From a virus, in the IMG/VR virus record IMGVR_UViG_3300045988_122803, positions 1-37,444 of that record: a DNA stretch of 37,444 nucleotides; one strand, 5' to 3'. Below the pieces are notes generated by a model. The model worked only from the letters and a program-made list of their open reading frames with translations, searched no databases and was not told the origin of the DNA. Shown in pieces: positions 33,406 through 37,444 of the stretch (positions are counted from its first letter, which is position 1; every line of letters begins with the position of its first letter). The position numbers were made by a program, and so were the translations under genes.

Positions 33406-34698
33406 ATGGCTGATATGTATGATATTAACGGTCTTAGCTATACATCGCATGAAAATCCGGAATGGTTTACCCGCGCGATGTTCGGAGGCCGTTTGGTGCA
33501 GGGCGGATATATCCGCGTATTGACCGGTATAAAGGGCGACGAACTCTTAAGCATGATCGATCTGGAAAACAAGATTTTACAAATCGACGGCAAAGATTGT
33601 GCCTGGACACCGAACCAGATTATAAAGTTATCGGAGAAGCAGGCGAAAGTTAAAACCTACAAAATTAATCTGGAGCAGTGTATTGACGAACTGGAGAACA
33701 AACGGACGCTTTACCAACTCTCGCCCGGGGCTAAAAACGAAAGTCTGCCGCCTGACCTGGAAGCGGCAACCTTATATCTTATCGCGATCGGGTTAAGTAA
33801 CGAAATCGAGGAGATGGTAGTAGGGGGAGATGAAAGCGCAGACCCTAACCAGTTTAACGGTATGGAAAAAACGCTCCTCGACTCTACACAAGCGGCTAAG
33901 CTGGTCGGAGAGGTTATAACCAAGGACAACATTATAGACGCGGTAGAGGCCGTCTACGATGCTTTCCCGGAAGAAGTGTTACAGGCAGAGGATCGCGGGG
34001 AACTTTATGTACTCGGAAGCTACAGTACACGGCGCAAATTGCGTACAGCTATCGCAAAGCAGAAGAAAAACGATTCCCTGGCGGAAGAGTGGGAGGTAGA
34101 CAGTACAGACAAGAAAAACCCGCGTATCTGGTATAACGGCATGGAGTTCATACCGGTTAAGGGTATCGGGGCTAATACGCTTATCGGGTACGATTCTACC
34201 AACGCCTTTCTGTTAACCGATCTACTTAGCGATCTGGACGAAATCGAGTTAGGACAATTCCCGAAACCGCACGAAAATAAAGTTTGGATTAAAGGTCGTC
34301 TGCGTTTGGGATTTGTTATTCCGTTCGAAGACGAGGCCGTAATTTGGTCGGATAAGGTTAAAACCGGCCAGGAGGCCGGGCCGCGTAACGAAATTACGGT
34401 AGCTCCGAATTCGTTAGTATTCCGTGCTGCGGGCGAAAGTAAAACCTTTAGTATTTTTACTAAAGAAGGCGTAACGCCGACTGTCGGCACGTCCGTTACG
34501 GGCTTTACTGTAACGAAAGGGGAATCCTCCGTTGTTAACGGCGTAAATGTTACTCCGGTTACTGTAGTAGCAGCGGATAATACCGGAAACCGTGACGTAA
34601 AGGTAGGACAGGTAAATATCACCCTACCTGACAGCGACCGAAGTGTTGTCGTAACGCTTAATCAGCGGCACAGCGACATAGAAGAAATAACGTTGTAG
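33406..34698 (+). CDS. Major capsid protein with C-terminal Ig-like domain
   Basis: 430 aa, follows the protease/scaffold gene and is followed by a terminator-like hairpin. The C-terminal ~90 aa are beta-rich and Thr/Val-rich (ITVAPNSLVFRAAGESKTFSIFT..VTPVTVVAADNTGNRDVKVGQVNITL), like BIG2/Ig domains. Confidence 0.7.
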   Translation: MADMYDINGLSYTSHENPEWFTRAMFGGRLVQGGYIRVLTGIKGDELLSMIDLENKILQIDGKDCAWTPNQIIKLSEKQAKVKTYKINLEQCIDELENKRTLYQLSPGAKNESLPPDLEAATLYLIAIGLSNEIEEMVVGGDESADPNQFNGMEKTLLDSTQAAKLVGEVITKDNIIDAVEAVYDAFPEEVLQAEDRGELYVLGSYSTRRKLRTAIAKQKKNDSLAEEWEVDSTDKKNPRIWYNGMEFIPVKGIGANTLIGYDSTNAFLLTDLLSDLDEIELGQFPKPHENKVWIKGRLRLGFVIPFEDEAVIWSDKVKTGQEAGPRNEITVAPNSLVFRAAGESKTFSIFTKEGVTPTVGTSVTGFTVTKGESSVVNGVNVTPVTVVAADNTGNRDVKVGQVNITLPDSDRSVVVTLNQRHSDIEEITL

Positions 34699-34706
34699 TA
34701 TAACCG

Positions 34707-34730
34707 GGGCGGCGTTTTAAGCCGCCCTTT
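34707..34730 (+). terminator. Hairpin after the capsid gene
   Basis: GGGCGGC/GCCGCCC stem with a 7-nt loop, followed by TTT then A9. Confidence 0.5.
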
Positions 34731-34745
34731 AAAAAAAAATTAGAC

Positions 34746-35318
34746 ATGGCAGGCTGTAAATTAACAAAAAGCTTAGATAACAAAGCGTGCGAGTACGCTA
34801 TAGCGGGGGCGCGTGCTTTGTATTTAGCGAATTATCACGCCCCCGCCGAAGGCGAAACCGCGGTAGAGGGCGCGATTACTTATCAGACCGGGGCGGACGG
34901 CACGATAGATAAAATAACTTTACCGACAGGAGAGGTATTTTACAAGATCGAGGGCGCGGACAATACAATATCCTTTACAGATGCGCTTTTGGTCGGGGGT
35001 AACGGCGGAAAATACCGGCAGCACACTGTAAATGCCGTCCTGAATCAATACGATGTAGATGTACTGAACGAAGGGGATGCTATTAGCCTCGGACGTTTTA
35101 TCGCGGTAGTTATCGATAACGCGGGGCGTCCGATCCTGTTAGGACGTACGGGCGGACTTAGCGCCCCGGCTGGCGGGTTCGATTATAACAGCGGAGCGGC
35201 GGAAGCCGATGCGACCGGGTGGACTCTTATTTTACAAGGCACGTCCATGGAGATCGGGCAAATCTTAAAAGACGAAAGCGTAATAACGCCTGTTTACAAA
35301 GAAACCATATCCGAATAG
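34746..35318 (+). CDS. Virion protein (190 aa), possibly a major tail/tube-like protein
   Basis: Beta-rich, Gly-rich pattern (..RFIAVVIDNAGRPILLGRTGGLSAP..GWTLILQG..). Flanked by hairpin terminators, suggesting high expression. Role is a guess. Confidence 0.4.
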   Translation: MAGCKLTKSLDNKACEYAIAGARALYLANYHAPAEGETAVEGAITYQTGADGTIDKITLPTGEVFYKIEGADNTISFTDALLVGGNGGKYRQHTVNAVLNQYDVDVLNEGDAISLGRFIAVVIDNAGRPILLGRTGGLSAPAGGFDYNSGAAEADATGWTLILQGTSMEIGQILKDESVITPVYKETISE

Positions 35319-35326
35319 TCCGAAAG

Positions 35327-35354
35327 GCGGTGTTACGGAAGTAACGCCGCTTTT
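35327..35354 (+). terminator. Rho-independent terminator
   Basis: 10-bp stem GCGGTGTTAC/GTAACGCCGC (one G-U pair), GGAA loop, followed by TTTT. Confidence 0.7.
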
Positions 35355-35373
35355 ACCTTCCCCGTAAAAAAAA

Positions 35374-36213
35374 ATGAATTGCAGAATTACACATATAGAG
35401 CCGCCCTGTGCTTATAACGTCGAGGGGATACGATATATCCGGCTTCTCGACTTCGACGATTTTACGGCGCTGGAGTTTCACGGTGCCGGATACGAGACAT
35501 GTATTGTTACCGAGATTATACACAAGGGCGATTTTATAAATGTAGAGGCGACCGGGGGCGCAAAGTACAATTCGACGTTACAGAACGGGTTACACACGCA
35601 TAAAATAGAAACCTTTATCGGCGATTTATCGGCGGAGTTACAAGCCGAGTTACAATTAGCAAGCAAAAGAAGGTTTTTAGTAGAATTCGAAATTTATTCG
35701 GGCCGGCGGTTTCTGTTCGGATATGAAGCCGGGGCGGAGGTCTCTTTTAATAACCAGACGGCCGAATCCGTCGGGTCGATGCTAACAATTTCCGCCATGT
35801 CGATACATCCCTTATTCGAACTGGGGGAAGTATGGGCGGAATGGACGGATTTTGTGAACGTCTGGGAGCCTACAATAAATTCATGTAACTGGGGGGAATT
35901 CGTAAATATCCTGGCGCTTACGCAGGATACATGCGAGTGGTCGGGATTCGAGCATGAATTAACACTTACGCAGGATACTTGCGAGTGGTCGGGATTTGTA
36001 AACATCTGGGAGCCTATAAAAGAAGAGTCTATGTGGGTAAATTTTGAAAACGCATGGAAAGAGCTGGGTAAGGGTGATTTTAAAGGCCGGGAATTTAGCC
36101 CGGATTTTAATACGGAATTTGATGTTATCAACCCGCCGGTTGATGTTATCATCCCGCCGGTTGATGATAACATCCCGCCGGTTGATGTTATCATCCCGCC
36201 GGAAATCGGATAA
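35374..36213 (+). CDS. Trp-rich repeat protein with C-terminal proline heptad repeats (distal virion/fibre candidate)
   Basis: 279 aa. Repeated W-x-[EG]-[WF]..FVN(I/V)WEP units and a duplicated LTQDTCEWSGF. C-terminus DVINPPV-DVIIPPV-DDNIPPV-DVIIPPE. Confidence 0.6.
   Translation: MNCRITHIEPPCAYNVEGIRYIRLLDFDDFTALEFHGAGYETCIVTEIIHKGDFINVEATGGAKYNSTLQNGLHTHKIETFIGDLSAELQAELQLASKRRFLVEFEIYSGRRFLFGYEAGAEVSFNNQTAESVGSMLTISAMSIHPLFELGEVWAEWTDFVNVWEPTINSCNWGEFVNILALTQDTCEWSGFEHELTLTQDTCEWSGFVNIWEPIKEESMWVNFENAWKELGKGDFKGREFSPDFNTEFDVINPPVDVIIPPVDDNIPPVDVIIPPEIG
35917..35996 (+). repeat. 32-bp direct repeat (31/32 identical) with 48-bp period inside the CDS
   Basis: CTTACGCAGGATAC(A/T)TGCGAGTGGTCGGGATT at 35917-35948 and 35965-35996. 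Confidence 0.9.
36121..36202 (+). repeat. 21-bp tandem repeat, about 3.9 copies, at the 3' end of the CDS
   Basis: Units start at 36121, 36142, 36163 and 36184 (GATGTTATCAWCCCGCCGGTT). Unit 3 carries GATGATAACATC, the exact reverse complement of GATGTTATCATC in units 2 and 4. Confidence 0.9.
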
Positions 36214-36228
36214 TGAAAAATAAAAGAT

Positions 36229-36663
36229 ATGGCAATAAAAACAAAAATACAGTTACACGCACTGTCTGACTCTACCTACGAAACAAACAGAACCGGTAAC
36301 ATTACGGCGGAGCTCGTGCGTACGTTTAATACCGATCTGATCGATAGTCTTACGATAGATTCAGGTTGGATAAACTTAAATATAACGGCTACCAGCGGAA
36401 GTATTACCGTACGTTCGGCAAAAATACGGGACTACGGGCCATTTTGCCTTATAATGTTAGATGTAACACTTAAAAACACGGTAAGTACATTTACGGTTAG
36501 TAACGCATCTTTTGGGACGAAAGGCGTAGGAGGCGCCTATACCGCGGGGTCTTCCGGAACTTTCCGGGTTTCTGTTTTTACCGAAAACCGTAATGTGCAA
36601 TTTGTCGCGGAAAGCGCCGCAGAAACTATTTTTAAAGGAACAGTAATCGTTACAAGGCAATGA
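36229..36663 (+). CDS. Hypothetical virion protein (144 aa)
   Basis: Co-oriented ORF with an ATGA overlap to the next gene. Beta-rich, Thr/Ser-rich. Confidence 0.55.
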   Translation: MAIKTKIQLHALSDSTYETNRTGNITAELVRTFNTDLIDSLTIDSGWINLNITATSGSITVRSAKIRDYGPFCLIMLDVTLKNTVSTFTVSNASFGTKGVGGAYTAGSSGTFRVSVFTENRNVQFVAESAAETIFKGTVIVTRQ

Positions 36664-37019
36664 AAGGGTATTATGTTAATAAAGATGGCTATATACTTAG
36701 CTATGCAGAAGGCGAAGAAGGCTTAGAAGATTTTATTCCCTGTGAACAGGAAATGCCTTGCAAAACCGAGGAAGGACTATGCCTAAAGGCTAACGACGAA
36801 AGAACAGGCATCGAGTACGTACACATCCAGGTAAGCGAAATTGAATTAAGCACAGAAATGCAAATATATGCATTAAAACAACAATTATTCGCGATGGACT
36901 ATAAGACATCAAAGCGCTTGGACGGCGAGTACACAGACGAGGAATGGGCAGAAATTTCTAAAGAGAGAGCCGGGATAAGAAAGCAAATCCGGGAACTGGA
37001 AAATAAGTTAAACCAATAA
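36660..37019 (+). CDS. Hypothetical protein (119 aa), possible fibre-assembly/chaperone-like
   Basis: Acidic N-terminus. C-terminal helix ..DYKTSKRLDGEYTDEEWAEISKERAGIRKQIRELE resembles the tails of tail-fibre assembly proteins. A weak call. Confidence 0.4.
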   Translation: MKGYYVNKDGYILSYAEGEEGLEDFIPCEQEMPCKTEEGLCLKANDERTGIEYVHIQVSEIELSTEMQIYALKQQLFAMDYKTSKRLDGEYTDEEWAEISKERAGIRKQIRELENKLNQ

Positions 37020-37030
37020 AAAAAATCACT

Positions 37031-37321
37031 ATGGCATGGGTTACAACAAACAGAGACGTGGCGACCTCTCTAACGGTGCATAAAAAAGTAGGAGGTATTA
37101 ATATATCGGGATACCCGAAAACTTATAGCATCCTATCCGCTTTTCCAGGTGTTACAGTTATTACGGTTAACCAGTGGCAGAAATTAGCCGACCGGTCGTC
37201 CAGAATAGCGGCTTTTAAGCAGTATATAAAGACTGCGGAAAACATAGACGTAGACGCTACGCAAACAAACGATGTGTATAGAACGTCTACGACTCCTCCG
37301 GGCACAATCGTCGAACGGTAG
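37031..37321 (+). CDS. Hypothetical protein (96 aa), last gene before attR
   Basis: Co-oriented ORF; no motif recognised. Confidence 0.5.
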   Translation: MAWVTTNRDVATSLTVHKKVGGINISGYPKTYSILSAFPGVTVITVNQWQKLADRSSRIAAFKQYIKTAENIDVDATQTNDVYRTSTTPPGTIVER

Positions 37322-37401
37322 ACGTCCTGTTGACAGGGAATAAATATGGTTAGCATGTAATACACTGGTTTTTAGAATTATACGCTAAAAACAACGAAGG
37401 T

Positions 37402-37444
37402 CTCTTAATCAATGGGCCGTGGGTTCGAGTCCCACCGAGGTCAC
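37402..37444. repeat. attR core (43-bp direct repeat; displaced tRNA 3' fragment)
   Basis: Identical 43/43 to 1-43. It is preceded by phage DNA (..CGAAGGT) that cannot pair with the TCAAT anticodon-stem strand, and no GACCTCG 5' acceptor strand lies upstream, so it is a fragment and not a second tRNA. Confidence 0.9.

Larger units (their letters stand above)
1..37444 (+). mobile_element. Complete integrated temperate tailed phage (prophage) bounded by attL/attR
   Basis: Perfect 43-bp direct repeat at both window ends (1-43 = 37402-37444) that is a tRNA 3' segment. Integrase at the left end; repressor/Cro-like switch, replication, terminase, portal, capsid, tape-measure-like and lysis genes in between. 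Confidence 0.9.

Noticed and set aside
32698-34622. Minus-strand ORFs of 250 aa and 200 aa opposite the protease/scaffold and capsid genes
   Set aside because: Shadow frames with Ser/Ala/Phe-rich junk composition. The plus-strand genes carry recognisable XkdF and capsid patterns.
35917-35996. Template/variable repeat pair of a diversity-generating retroelement
   Set aside because: The two copies are adjacent, in frame, and differ at a single position. No reverse transcriptase or accessory gene exists anywhere in the element. A simple tandem duplication explains it.
36121-36202. Mini CRISPR array
   Set aside because: The units are contiguous with no spacers, lie in frame inside a CDS, and encode a heptad peptide repeat. 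There are no cas genes.
37322-37444. Possible complete second tRNA gene at the right end
   Set aside because: Only the 43-bp 3' segment is present. The preceding bases (..CGAAGGT) cannot pair with the TCAAT anticodon-stem strand, and no GACCTCG 5' acceptor strand or D arm lies upstream. It is the displaced att fragment.

Overview
The window is one complete integrated temperate tailed phage (about 37.4 kb), cut exactly att-to-att. Bases 1-43 and 37402-37444 are a perfect 43-bp direct repeat that reads as the 3' part of a tRNA-Lys(CUU) gene, and a tyrosine integrase sits just inside the left end. A Bacteroidota host is inferred from the integrase type, TTG / TAnnTTTG promoter boxes and a DUF4468-like secreted protein. 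Layout: (1) int plus a small RHH/Zn-ribbon gene (157-2113, +). (2) A leftward lysogeny operon (4124-2149, -) encoding a 3-TM protein, an XRE/cI-like repressor, a 107-aa protein and a DUF4468-like secreted protein. (3) Rightward early/replication genes (4158-15990): Cro-like and Xis-like HTH proteins, Cas4-like DUF2800 nuclease, DUF2815 SSB, family A DNA polymerase, C5 cytosine methyltransferase, VirE/P4-type primase-helicase, an iteron-rich putative origin, VRR-NUC nuclease and SNF2 helicase. (4) A sigma-70/ECF-like ORF. (5) TerS and TerL. (6) An M15 endolysin. (7) A self-contained hicAB moron. (8) An inverted three-gene block headed by the portal gene. (9) A long rightward morphogenesis operon with large structural proteins, a 1019-aa tape-measure-like protein, XkdF-type protease/scaffold, a major capsid protein with an Ig-like C-terminus, and repeat-rich distal proteins. 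Most noteworthy observations: (a) a 12-mer AAATTGTCTTTA found only at the heads of the late operons, starting right after the sigma-like ORF; (b) two consensus promoters placed face to face by a perfect 11-bp inverted repeat next to the repressor; (c) an iteron array plus AT-rich stretch after the primase-helicase gene; (d) a T9 tract where a -1 shift restores a protein-like reading frame in a virion-module gene; (e) an A10 tract inside the methyltransferase. All family calls come from motif recognition by eye; no database search or folding computation was run.
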